A stretch of DNA of 35,303 nt from Octopus bimaculoides (Eukaryota), in assembly GCF_001194135.2 (NCBI RefSeq), contig NC_068992.1, positions 40,585,805 through 40,621,107 of the forward strand, in the 5' to 3' direction. Of this stretch, positions 9,506 through 20,393 are shown in pieces. Below the pieces are notes generated by a model that saw only the letters and a program-made list of their open reading frames with translations, made no database searches and had not been told where the DNA came from. Positions within the stretch are counted from its first letter, which is position 1, and every line of letters begins with the position of its first letter. Both the position numbers and the translations under genes were made by a program.

Positions 9506-10757
9506 ATGACAAGTTCAATAAAGTATGTAAAGCCTGATAAAGGTCAAGACAAATTCCGATGTGAAATTTTTCAGTTAATGGCATCCAAAAACCTCTGTGA
9601 TGGAGAAATTATTCTAGTTGAAGAACAAACGCGGTTTCAAATTCATAAAGTCATCTTGGCTGCTTGTAGCCCATATTTCAGAGCTATTTTTACATGTGGT
9701 ATGAAAGAATCCATAAGTGGGAAAGTAGTTATACCAGGTATTTCCAAAGATATTATGGCTAACATCGTGAAATATGCTTACACGAATGAGATTGAAGTTA
9801 CGGAAGAAAACGTACAAGTTCTACTTTGTGTCGCAAATCGATTAGCTATAAGTAGTGTTCAAAAAATGTGTGAAGAATTTTTAGCATCTCGGCTAACTGT
9901 GTACAACTGTATTGGAATATATCAATTTTCAAAATTTTACGCTTGCACTATCCTGATACGAAAAAGCTGGAGTTATATCTTAGAACATTTTGCGTTAGTT
10001 TCAAAACTTAGCAGCGAGTTTTTAAGTTTGACGTGTAACGAATTGGAAGAAATAGTCCGAGATGACTGTTTAAATGTCAAAGAAGAAGAATCTGCGTTCT
10101 TAGCATGTCAAAGATGGATCATGTTCGAACCGAAGATCCGTACCAGTTTTTCAAAACGACTTTTTCAAAATTTACGCATAGGTCTCCTACACCCAGATAT
10201 TTTAGATAAACTAAAGAAAAACTCGGTTACTGAATATAAAGCAAGTATTTACCTTGGCCAACTTTATAAAGATATTTCATTATATTTGCATGAAATGCCT
10301 ACTATTTTCCGGCCGCGGATCCCAAGTGAAGTAATATTTATAACAGGCGGCTACGGTCTGGATGGAATTATGTCGAATATGGAAACGTATGATGCTCGTA
10401 CGAATCAATGGTTTATTCTTATAAATCCAGCTCATTGTCTTCGAGCTTATCATGGTACCGTGGTCTTGCATGAACAGATATATATTCTTGGAGGATACAA
10501 TGACAATAATAAGTATTACAACGGTGTGCATCGATTTGATATTGCTACGCGTCAGTGGCAAGAATTATCGCCAATGCATCTTAGCCGCTGTTACGTTGCA
10601 AGTACTGCGTTAAATGGACGAATTTATGCTTGCGGCGGTCATGATGGACTGCAGCGGCATCGAGCGGTGGAATGTTATCACAGATCAAGTAATCAATGGG
10701 TTTTAGTTGCTCCTATGCGGTATACAAGGAGTGATGCAGGGATAGCGCCTCTTAAAG
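9506..10757 (+). CDS. KLHL10: kelch-like protein 10-like, coding exon 1 (BTB, BACK, Kelch 1-3 and start of Kelch 4)
   Basis: BTB motifs NLCD..HKVILAACSPYFRAIFT; BACK motifs NCIGI..EFLSL..DDCLNVKEE..RW; RPRIP linker; KLHL10-type Kelch signatures ETYDART, RAYHG, RCYV, RSDA. Start context caacATG. Donor AAG|GTAAGA at 10758, phase 1. Confidence 0.95.
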
Positions 10758-10991
10758 GTAAGATGAACATATTTAGTGATAAGCTAATAAGGCTGTACAT
10801 AGCCCGTATTATTGAGAATAACAATCTGAAGCGTCAGTGTAATTAACGCTGGAAACTATGTACATGTAATAATAGTCTACAACAGTCTACGTATGTAACG
10901 CTTTAACCGGGGAAAGTATGGAACGAAATAGCGGACATAACTTACTATAGATACATCTTTAACTCTATTTACATTATTGATGGTAAGACAA

Positions 10992-11211
10992 TACTCTTTT
11001 CTACTCTAGGAACACGGCCCGAAATTTTGGGGGAGGGCGCCAGTCAATTAGATCGATCCCCAGTACGCAACTGGTATTTAATTTATCGACCCCGAAAGGA
11101 TGAAAGGCAAAGTGGACCTCGGTGGAATTTGAACTCAGAACATAAAGACAGACGAAATACCGGTAAGCGTTTCGCCCGGTGTGCTAACGTTTCTGCCAGC
11201 ACGCCGCCTTT
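10992..11211 (-). mobile_element. full-length SINE family A with 9-bp TSD
   Basis: Complete head-to-tail copy flanked by gtaagacaa at 10983-10991 and 11212-11220. Confidence 0.9.
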
Positions 11212-11236
11212 GTAAGACAAAATTGACTAATAAATA

Positions 11237-11368
11237 AACGAAGCTTGCTTCCCAACCACATAGTTCCGGGTTCAGTCCCGCTGCGTAGCACCTTAGGCAA
11301 GTGTCTTCTACTATAGCTTCGGGCCGACCAAAGCTTTGTGAGTAGACTTGGTAGGCAGAAACTGAAAG
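11237..11368 (+). mobile_element. SINE family B 5' half (ends at gap 11369-11491)
   Basis: gaagcttgcttcccaaccac...gggttcagtccc...ccttaggcaagtgtcttc...gaaactgaaag. Confidence 0.85.
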
Positions 11369-11491
11369 NNNNNNNNNNNNNNNNNNNNNNNNNNNNNNNN
11401 NNNNNNNNNNNNNNNNNNNNNNNNNNNNNNNNNNNNNNNNNNNNNNNNNNNNNNNNNNNNNNNNNNNNNNNNNNNNNNNNNNNNNNNNNNN

Positions 11492-11660
11492 GTTTTAACG
11501 TTCTAGTTCATTTCCGCTGTTTACAGCAGAGCTCAGAAGGAACGTGTGTAGAGTGTGATCGTCGCATTGATCATGACAGAGAAAGTTGAGGAGAGAATCT
11601 GCATCACATTTTGCCAAAAGCTTGGCGATACCTGCTCAGAGACCTAAGCAATGTTTTCAA
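11492..11660 (+). pseudogene. mariner transposase 5' end (UTR plus N-terminal HTH start)
   Basis: ATG at 11573 gives MTEKVEERICITFCQKLGDTCSET*AMF, matching the mariner EQRxxIKF..KLG motif. In-frame stop present. Confidence 0.75.
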
Positions 11661-11972
11661 AACCTGTTTATCGTTCTCGACACAACCAAGGAGATCTTGG
11701 GCAGCTGAAACCAGAGTGTCTTTTTGGTCAGCTGAAAGCAGTTTTGGCACAAACTTGGCAGACACATGTCTCATACTTAAATCTTCGGTGATAATGGACT
11801 GAACTGAACCGTAACTAATCTGCACATCCCTTGGTAACTCACGGATGGTAATTTGACGATTTCCCCTCACAGATGTATGCACATCTGCGATGTTTTTCCT
11901 CATTTATTCTGGTTGTGGGTCTCCCAGAAAGTCTGTCAATATTGACATTTTTTTCGGCCATCTTGGAAACTA
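11650..11972 (-). pseudogene. mariner transposase internal fragment (second HTH and linker), inverted relative to 11492-11660
   Basis: FQDGR..ID..SGRPTT..ENIADVH..VRGNRQITIREL..VQISYGSVQSIITEDLSMRHVSAKFVPKLLSADQK. FVPKLL corresponds to the mariner WVPHEL linker. Frameshifted. Confidence 0.85.
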
Positions 11973-12699
11973 AATAAATGCCATTGGCGACCAAATCAGA
12001 GCAATGACAATGAATTTCATACCATGAACCCCCAGGGAGTATCGTAAGGAGGTTCAATTTCTGAAAGGCCACTTAGATGGGGCCCCACTTCCTTCTACTA
12101 TTTTCACTCCTTCCTACGCCTATTGATTAAACTATGATCAGCATCAGTGTTTAGCACATTTTCAGAAATAAGTTTTGGTATTCTAAATTCCTTCACGTAA
12201 CCCTCAAATCGAGACAAAGAGTTATAACAGGTATGTTTCAGGTGTGGTAGTGTGGATATTTATATTTTGTAGTTTATGAAACTTATGTTTAGTACAAATA
12301 TAAAAGAAGGAATAATCGATAACAAACATCATGGTGGAAGAGGTGAAACGTGTATAAGAGATAATATAGTTTTCAAAGATGTTCTTTCCCAAGAGCCATA
12401 TCTTAAGTACTAGCCATGCAGACTTTATACCATCTTAAGAATCAAATTCTTTATAAAGAATGGATAGTTTGAGACTAAACCATGGAATACATAATCAAAT
12501 GGTTCTCTGTTTGTTTCAAACCATTTTATCCTTTCAAAATATCCCTAGAATTTCCAAGAGAACTGCTAATTTATAGAATTAGATAAGACGACTGTGTTAA
12601 GTAATTAGATAAGGAAGTACTCGGGTTCGTATAAGAGTTCATAGGCTTTTTAAAAATTTTTACTTTCACTTAAATTTCAGTTTTAATGTATTTGTGTGT

Positions 12700-12960
12700 A
12701 TGAGTGCGTATGTGCGCGCGCGCATGTTTGTGTGCGTGTACGCGCGTGCGTGCATGTGTGTGTGTGTGTGTTTGTCCCCCACCATCGCTTGACAACTGAT
12801 CTTGGTTTGTTTAGGTCTCCGTAACTTAGTGGTTCGGTAAAATCAGCACCAGGCTTTTAACAAAATAAACACAAGGCTCGATTCTTTCAACTAATAGATT
12901 CCTTCAAGTGGATGCCCCAGCATGACCGCAGTAAGATGAAAGAGAAAAGTAAAAGATAAA
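12700..12960 (+). mobile_element. SINE family B 3' half (microsatellite plus 3' body)
   Basis: (TG/CG)n then tttgtcccccaccatcgcttgacaac...gatgccccagcatg...aagtaaaagataaa. Confidence 0.8.
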
Positions 12961-13082
12961 CGATATACCTATATATACGTATCTTTTTTTCCGCTTTTTT
13001 TAAAAATCCCATTCTCTCACATATCTACATTGTACCTGGATCTCACATCTATTTCCTCTCTCTCATTCTCTCTTGTCCCTTC

Positions 13083-13124
<42 letters not shown>

Positions 13125-13248
13125 TCTCTCTCCTTCCAGGTGGGCGAGCCCTGTAATCACCTCTTCAGCAAGACACCTGTTCCTCTCCCTCTGCCATTTT
13201 TTTTATTCCTCTAGTCTGTATTCCGCTCACTCGAGGGCTTTCATCTTG

Positions 13249-13722
13249 CAGGTACTTGGCGACCTCACCGGTGCTAATGTCACGCAAAAAGCACTCAGTA
13301 CTCTCTGTCAAGTGACTGGCGTTAGGGGGGGGGGGGGCATCCAGCCACAGAAATCATGAAAAAGCAGACATAGAACCTGGCGGAGTCCTCTAGCTCTTCT
13401 GTTCTCGTCAAATCGTCCAACCCATGACAGCATGGCAAAAAGAATAATCTGACACAAGGGTCACATCCTCCAATGCCCCCTTCCCCTCTCAAAGGATCTT
13501 TGTCTTGCAAGTTACTTTGTGACCCTGCCAGTGATGGTTCCACGTAAAAAGCACTCAGTCCACACTGTGGAATGGTTGGTGTTAGGAAGGGCATCCAGCC
13601 GTAAAACTCATGCCAAACAGACATTGAAGCGTGATGCAGTCTTCTGCTTATCCAGCTCCTATCAAACCGTCCAACCCATGTCAGCATGGAAAGCGGACGC
13701 TAGATGATGCTGAGGATGATGA
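13249..13722 (+). mobile_element. two tandem 3'-UTR fragments of the RTE-LINE-derived repeat (family C) with (GAT)n tail
   Basis: ggttggtgttaggaagggcatccagc...ccgtccaacccatg..agcatggaaagcggacg..gatgat matches the reverse complement of the 34415-34980 RTE 3' UTR. Confidence 0.8.
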
Positions 13723-13986
13723 TATATATAACGCGGAGTAGAGAAAAAAGAGGACAACTGATGAAGGGAATGTTCTTTCTGTTGCCTGTCTCGTTTCTCT
13801 ATTTGTTTCTTTCGTTGTTCGAAAAATAATTCGTTTTCTGTGTTTTTGTTTTTTATGTTCTCGTTTCTCCTTTTGTTGACGTTTTTTTTTTGACGTCCTA
13901 TACCCATATATGCATGTATATATACATATATATGTAGGTATGTACATATATGTATATATGCATATATTTATATATTACTTATATTA

Positions 13987-14027
<41 letters not shown>

Positions 14028-14318
14028 CATCCACTTTTATATTATAAAATGGCAGAAAGATACAAAAGTGACTCAAGGCCCGAGTGTTTCGTGCATGGTT
14101 CTTATATTCATGTCCGTTGTGTGTGTGTGTGTGTGTGTGTGTAATCAGAGTTTCAGTCTATCTGATGATTGGTTATTTGAAACTCTGGGTTACAGTTTGT
14201 TAAGTTGTTTCAGCGTCAATGAATCACTGTTTCACTCTATCTTTGCTTGTTGCGTGCCCTTTCCTCCATCTGTTTTTGCACCTATGTACTCGCATGTATT
14301 TCTCTTTCTTTTTGCCAG

Positions 14319-14510
14319 GAAAGCTTTATGTTTGCGGCGGTTTTGACGGACTGACAAGTCTAAATACTGTGGAAGTATACTGCGCCAAAACGGATCAATG
14401 GACACTTCTTGAGAACATGTCGACTCATCGTACTGGTCTCAGTGCAGTGATTCTGAATGCAAACCTTTACATTCTTGGAGGATTCAATGGACAACACCGA
14501 CTGAGGTCAG
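14319..14510 (+). CDS. KLHL10: KLHL10-like coding exon 2 (192 nt, phase 1-1)
   Basis: Acceptor tctctttctttttgccAG and donor CAG|GTAAGA. Encodes (G)KLYVCGGFDGLTSLNTVEVY...RTGLSAVILNANLYILGGFNGQHRLRS, in frame with exon 1. Confidence 0.95.
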
Positions 14511-14540
14511 GTAAGAGACAATGCGAAGACAACACATATA

Positions 14541-14543
14541 TGC

Positions 14544-14619
<76 letters not shown>

Positions 14620-14718
14620 GTCTGTCTCTCTGTCTATCTATCTATCTATCTATCTATCGATCTATCTATCTGTCTGTCTGTCTATCTGTCTGTCTGTCTG
14701 TATGTATGTATATATATG
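14541..14718. repeat. (TCTA)n/(TCTG)n tetranucleotide microsatellite 30 nt into intron 2
   Basis: Read directly. Confidence 0.95.
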
Positions 14719-15271
14719 TAACGGTTAGATATTAATGTCGGAGGGTCACCAATTATAACGGTTAATATTGATTGCTATTGCAGTAATGCTCTTCACCCAT
14801 TGTACGATAATGTTTTTGGTTGTAGCGATGATAATTTGTTTGTAGTTACCAATTGTAACGGTTATAAGATGAACGATGAACAGTGATCGAAGTTGTAAAG
14901 AAATATTTATTTACCGTTACTCTAATAAATGCCATACCACGACGGGTAGGTTAGTGTAATAGTATAACAGTTTGTAAAGCATGCAAGGTAAAGAAAGTTA
15001 ATTTCGACCTGTATAGGTGTGTACACATTCTTGTAGTAGTAAACAGATAAAGATAGGGTAATGTTACCGAGAAAAGGATGCGAGCTAGTGATGGTTATAG
15101 AGTCGAGGGTAGTGGTGTCTAATAGTTGGCTGGTTGTAACCTTCTTTCTCCCTCTGGTCGTTTGTCTTTTAGTGGCTGCCTGCTTGTGACCATGACTCTA
15201 GGTGTCCCTTCACTAACTAATTGAGTTGTCATTAGTTGCTTCGCTCTGTTGTCGCCAAGTGACTACTGCTC

Positions 15272-15421
15272 GTTGAATCGTCACCGACTGGTGACTAAAC
15301 TATTGAGTCGTCACCGACTGGTGACTAAACTAGTTGAGTCGTCAGCGACTGGTGACTGAAACTGTTGAGTCGTCACCGACTAGTGACTAAACTAGTTGAG
15401 TCGTCACCGACTGGTGACTAA
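15272..15421. repeat. 31-bp minisatellite, ~5 copies, each with an internal hairpin
   Basis: Unit gttgagtcGTCACCgactGGTGACtaaacta at 15272, 15303, 15333, 15364 and 15395. No spacers between units. Confidence 0.95.
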
Positions 15422-15742
15422 GCTGAAATTTTCTTGGGATTTCCTTGCTTTTATAACAATCCAGAAGGATAGATATACTATTGAGAACAATGGATTCAGT
15501 TGGTGGTCTTGTTATCTCTATTCTAGCTTTTAGTGGAGTAGAAGAGGTTAGGAAGGGTCAAGTGGTGAAGACATTGTTTCGGCCTAGCTAAAGGCATCTG
15601 GAAAATATTAAACTGCTATCAGAGAAAAACTATTGTTCCACCGTGGGAAAAGTTATGTTGCAGTGTTGATTTAAATTTGGCTATAGTGGATCGAATCCAC
15701 TTCATGCATGCAAGATCCACTACATATATAAATATATGTATG

Positions 15743-15824
<82 letters not shown>

Positions 15825-16029
15825 TATATACATATGCACACACACACACACATATATGTATATGTATATGTAAACATATAGATATGAATACTGTTCAAAT
15901 ATATAATAATTATTGAGTGTTACTTACATAGTGCTATATTAATACGAATTCGGAAACTTAAAGCTGATTTGGAGGTGCAGAAACGTTCGTCTTGATTCAC
16001 TATTAAAGCCTGTTAACTTCCATCCTCGT

Positions 16030-16030
<1 letters not shown>

Positions 16031-16105
<75 letters not shown>

Positions 16106-16154
16106 CATCATCATTATTATCATTATTATTATCATTATTATTATTATTATTATC

Positions 16155-16214
<60 letters not shown>
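16031..16214. repeat. (ATT)n/(ATC)n tract, the 3' tail or target of the adjacent LINE
   Basis: Read directly. Confidence 0.95.
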
Positions 16215-16217
<3 letters not shown>

Positions 16218-17129
16218 TAGTTTTATTTTTATAACGTGCTTACACTTCACTACCGAGTGCAGCTCTGGGCGCCTTGGGTATATGCTGTGGTTTGCTGTGG
16301 TGCTCTTATGTTTACNNNNNNNNNNNNNNNNNNNNNNNNNNNNNNNNNNNNNNNNNNNNNNNNNNNNNNNNNNNNNNNNNNNNNNNNNNNNNNNNNNNNN
16401 NNNNNNNNNNNNNNNNNNNNNNNNNNNNNNNNNNNNNNNNNNNNNNNNNNNNNNNNNNNNNNNNNNNNNNNNNNNNNNNNNNNNNNNNNNNNNNNNNNNN
16501 NNNNNNNNNNNNNNNNNNNNNNNNNNNNNNNNNNNNNNNNNNNNNNNNNNNNNNNNNNNNNNNNNNNNNNNNNNNNNNNNNNNNNNNNNNNNNNNNNNNN
16601 NNNNNNNNNNNNNNNNNNNNNNNNNNNNNNNNNNNNNNNNNNNNNNNNNNNNNNNNNNNNNNNNNNNNNNNNNNNNNNNNNNNNNNNNNNNNNNNNNNNN
16701 NNNNNNNNNNNNNNNNNNNNNNNNNNNNNNNNNNNNNNNNNNNNNNNNNNNNNNNNNNNNNNNNNNNNNNNNNNNNNNNNNNNNNNNNNNNNNNNNNNNN
16801 NNNNNNNNNNNNNNNNNNNNNNNNNNNNNNNNNNNNNNNNNNNNNNNNNNNNNNNNNNNNNNNNNNNNNNNNNNNNNNNNNNNNNNNNNNNNNNNNNNNN
16901 NNNNNNNNNNNNNNNNNNNNNNNNNNNNNNNNNNNNNNNNNNNNNNNNNNNNNNNNNNNNNNNNNNNNNNNNNNNNNNNNNNNNNNNNNNNNNNNNNNNN
17001 NNNNNNNNNNNNNNNNNCAGTTACTTGTTATATTTCTTTTCATTATGTGTTTTTGGTAATTCCTGGTGGGGAGGCTCTGGTCTTGTGCAGCAATTAAAAA
17101 TCCTTCAGTCTCTGCTTTGAGTCCTGAGC

Positions 17130-17130
<1 letters not shown>
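16215..17130 (-). mobile_element. 5'-truncated R4/Dong-like RLE non-LTR retrotransposon (mostly in gap 16316-17017)
   Basis: Minus translation SSGLKAETEGFLIAAQDQSLPTRNYQKHIMKRNITSN precedes the zinc knuckle. The 3' UTR ends in (AAT)n, with (TAA)n on both flanks. Confidence 0.8.
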
Positions 17131-17198
<68 letters not shown>

Positions 17199-17439
17199 CT
17201 ATATCTATTTCTACATACAAATTGTGAGGAGGATATTGGAATTTGTGAGACTTTATTATTCACTTTGACCCATCGTGCATCGAGCTATACAAGCAGTTAT
17301 GGTACGTCTTAGGTGCAGATGCATCTCATCAGGTGACTTGTCAAAAGGGTACCTCGTTCTTTAATCTCCGTTTCGCTTATTTCGATTAGAATGTATCAAT
17401 ATTTTGGTAGTTGTAATTCGTTACTTATATGTAGGAGAA

Positions 17440-17900
17440 ACTTGTCACTTTTTCATCAGAACTCGTTCAACAAACAATAATGATAGTAAACTGCCTCTTT
17501 GGTACATTCCTCTCTTTATGTCAGTCTTCTTCGGTAACTTTTCTAATGACGTAAATTCACATTTCCACTTTGTTATTCTACTTCTACACTCTTAGTGGCA
17601 TTGTTTACCATTTCAAATAAATTCATGCATTCTATTGTCCGAGAGTGGGGAACCGAATCAAACGCCCTTTTTTTTTTTTTTTCTTACTATAATCTACCCA
17701 GGCCATTGCTTAGTCCGTATGTCTTCAATATAACCTTTTCTATTGGAAGCTGACCATTAGTTCCTCTGCTCTTTCTACGACAACCCTTTTATTCTTCTGA
17801 CAATAGACTTTCCTTCCAAAGAACTGTATACATATTATCTAAATTGATTCCAAATCTCGGTGATGCTGTTAAACCTCTTTGGTGCTTTCACTTAGAATGC
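17440..17900 (-). pseudogene. decayed non-LTR reverse transcriptase fragment (R4/Dong-like)
   Basis: Minus-strand motifs in order, with frameshifts: KGCRRKSRGTNGQL, AMAWVDY-(polyA expansion)-AFDSVPHS, IKRGMYQRGSLLSLLFV (compare IRRGIFQGDSLSPLLF). Confidence 0.75.
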
Positions 17901-18206
17901 GGTCAATTCCTTGACCTTTCCTTCCGCATCAAAAAGACATGTTATTAGACCCAAATTATCGATCTTTTAACATCAAAATAGTTATTTAGCGTATCATCTG
18001 TAAATAACATACCGGTCGTGTACTGGGGTTAATAAAATCGACTGCTCCCTTACTTCAAAATTCTTGGCCTTGTTTTTCAATAAAAACCTTCCAGTTCGGT
18101 AGCAGCAAAGTTCGATCTTCGACCATGCATAGGCTTCATACCTGACTACTTCTTTTCATGAATATTGTATCTCTCCACTGGCATTGGTCGATAAATATGA
18201 ATTATT

Positions 18207-18243
<37 letters not shown>

Positions 18244-18254
18244 GTATCTGTTAC

Positions 18255-18695
18255 AGGCACAAGGCTTGATATTTTGGAGGCGGTAGTTAATCGATTACAT
18301 TGGACCCAGTGTGCAACAGGTACTTATTTTATCGACCCCGAAAAGATAAAAGGCAGAGTGGACCTCGGAGGAATTTGAACCCAGAACGTAGTGAATTGGA
18401 AGAAATGCCGCCAAGCATTGGGTTCAACGCTCTGGCAGTTCTACAAGCTCGTCAACTTAATAATGATTTTAAATTTTGACAGAAGGTCAACAATTTTGGT
18501 GGGGTGGGTAGTGGGGGTGGTGTTCTAGTAGATTAAATCGACTCCAGGGTTCAACTGGTACTAATTTCATCGGTTCCGAAAGGATGAAAAGCAAACTTGA
18601 CTTCGCTGGAATTTGAACTCATAATATAAAGAGCCAGAAGAAATGCCGCTAGGCATTTTGTTCGACGCGCTAACGACTTTACCATTTAGCCACCT
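18255..18695 (-). mobile_element. two tandem SINE family A copies
   Basis: Each contains ttatcgaccccgaaa / ggaatttgaac..agaacg motifs in reverse complement. Confidence 0.8.
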
Positions 18696-18837
18696 TGATA
18701 ATAATAATAGCAGATTCACAAAAGACAATGCTCTACACACTTTTGCAAGACAGATAGATACTTGGTTGAGGAGAGAAAACTTCCATGAATCTCTTGAAAA
18801 CAATAGTTGTTGTTGTTGTTATTATTATTATTATTAT

Positions 18838-19672
18838 TTTATGTTTGACTTCTGCTTTGTATTTGTACAAGTTGGCTCCAAGTCTCACCCAGAGACCTCA
18901 AGAGACAACAAGTTAGAAGTTTATCTTGATGTTATGCCTAGGGTGCCATATATTTGGTTTTGTACATAGTGTTGTTCTAGTGAATGTTGAAGAAAACATA
19001 AGAAAATTATGAGTTTGTTTTAAAATTTGAGATTACACAGACAGTATTTTACGTAGGATATGGGCAGTTCCCATGAGCACTATCTTTTGAATTTCTGCCA
19101 TTTTGGGGTTTCCCGGTATCTGAGCTAGGCAGTAATCAACCCCTTTTGCTATCCTTCCTAGGGCACCTATGACAACAGGTATTGTTTTAGTCTTCAGGTT
19201 CCACATTTTGCTAATTTCTATTTCAAGATCTTTATATTTGCTCAGTTTTTGGTAGGTCTTCACAGATACGTTTATATCGATTGGGACAGTCATATCAATA
19301 AGAAGGCATAATTTTTGTCTGAAGTCTTTCAATATGATGTCTGGCCTATCCGCATCTATCTTTCTGTCAGTTTGAACGGTGAAGTTCCAGAGGAGTGAGA
19401 TGTGATCATTTTCAAGCACTGGCGGTGGTTTGTGTTCCCACCAGTTTTTATCATGGGTCAGGTTCAGGATTTTGTAAACTACCCAGTGAACATATTGTGC
19501 AGCTCTATCATACCTGTTGAGATACTCTGTAGGTGCAAGAAGACTGCACATGGAGACAACATGATCGATGGTTTCATTTTGTTGTTTGTATACACGACAT
19601 GTTGGGCTACTGCCATTCTTTAATATGTTGGCCTGTTAGTATCTTGTCGGTAGGCATTGATCTTGGGCTGCT
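18838..19672 (-). mobile_element. 5'-truncated R4/Dong-like RLE non-LTR retrotransposon (zinc knuckle, restriction-like endonuclease, 3' UTR)
   Basis: AAQDQCLPTRY*QANIL..CRVY..ETIDHVVSMC (degenerate CCHC), then ORF 19033-19551 with DRPDIILKD..CLLIDMTVP..KLSKYKDL, a PD-(D/E)xK RLE. (AAT/AAC)n tail at 18806-18837 and (TTA/TTG)n at 19672-19730. Confidence 0.9.
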
Positions 19673-19755
19673 ATTATTATTGTTGTTGTTGTTGTTATTA
19701 TTATTATTGTTGTTATTATTATTGTTATTAATTCATATTTATCGACCAATGCCAG

Positions 19756-19875
19756 TGGAGAGATACAATATCCATGAAAAGAAGTGGTCACGTGTGAAGC
19801 CTATGCTTGGTCGAAGATCGAACTTTGCTGCTACCGTACTGGAAGGTTTTATTTACGTTATTGGTGGCTATGATG
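19756..19875 (+). CDS. KLHL10: KLHL10-like coding exon 3 (120 nt, phase 1-1)
   Basis: Acceptor gccAG at 19754-19755 with no other AG for ~80 nt upstream; donor ATG|GTGAGT. Encodes (V)ERYNIHEKKWSRVKPMLGRRSNFAATVLEGFIYVIGGYD. Confidence 0.9.
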
Positions 19876-20182
19876 GTGAGTTCGAACCTAAGATTTTCTC
19901 AACAGATACATACACATAAAAACTCCAAATCATCTTCTTCGAACAAAAGTTAATTTTGCTCAATTGTTTATTCTCCTTATTTTCTTATGTTACCCTATCC
20001 ATTATGTACCACTGTGTAAATATTTGCATAAACTATCAACCCCTTACATAATTTTTCGTTAAAAATGCAGTTAGGGCTTAAAGAAAACAAGAAGATAAAT
20101 TGACTTCAAGTGGTGTTAGTGACAGCTCATAATTTTATAAAGAACCCAAAAAGAGAATTGGTGAAATCCCTTGATATTTATT

Positions 20183-20393
20183 CTTTCTACTCTAGGTACA
20201 AGGCCCGAAATTTTGGGGGAGGGGGCCAATCGATTAGATCGACCTCAGTTTGCAACTGGTACTTAATTTACCGACCCTGAAAGTATGAAAGGCAAGTCGA
20301 CTCGGCAGAATTTGAACTTAGAACGTAAAGACAGACGAAATACCGCTAAGTATTTCGTCCGACGTGCTAACGTTTCTGCCAGCTTGCTGCCTT
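20183..20393 (-). mobile_element. full-length SINE family A with ~17-bp TSD
   Basis: Flanked by atccctt(g/a)atatttatt at 20166-20182 and 20394-20410 (one mismatch). Confidence 0.9.

Noticed and set aside
10758-10846. C-terminal 29 codons of the 446-aa ORF in the track (KMNIFSDK...RQCN)
   Set aside because: Read-through into intron 1 past a consensus GTAAGA donor. The Kelch repeat continues correctly only in exon 2.
12618-12650. Mariner-TIR-like sequence tactcgggttcgtataagagttcataggct
   Set aside because: It faces away from the transposase fragments and has no partner TIR visible, so it cannot be tied to an element.
13758-13830. CTGATGAAGGG motif as a hammerhead
   Set aside because: No stem II closed by GAAA at a suitable distance.
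15272-15421. CRISPR-like array of palindromic ~31-bp repeats
   Set aside because: Units are directly adjacent with no unique spacers, there are no cas genes, and the context is a eukaryotic intron.
18497-18522. G-rich stretch as a G-quadruplex
   Set aside because: Only three runs of three or more G, and it lies within a degenerate SINE.
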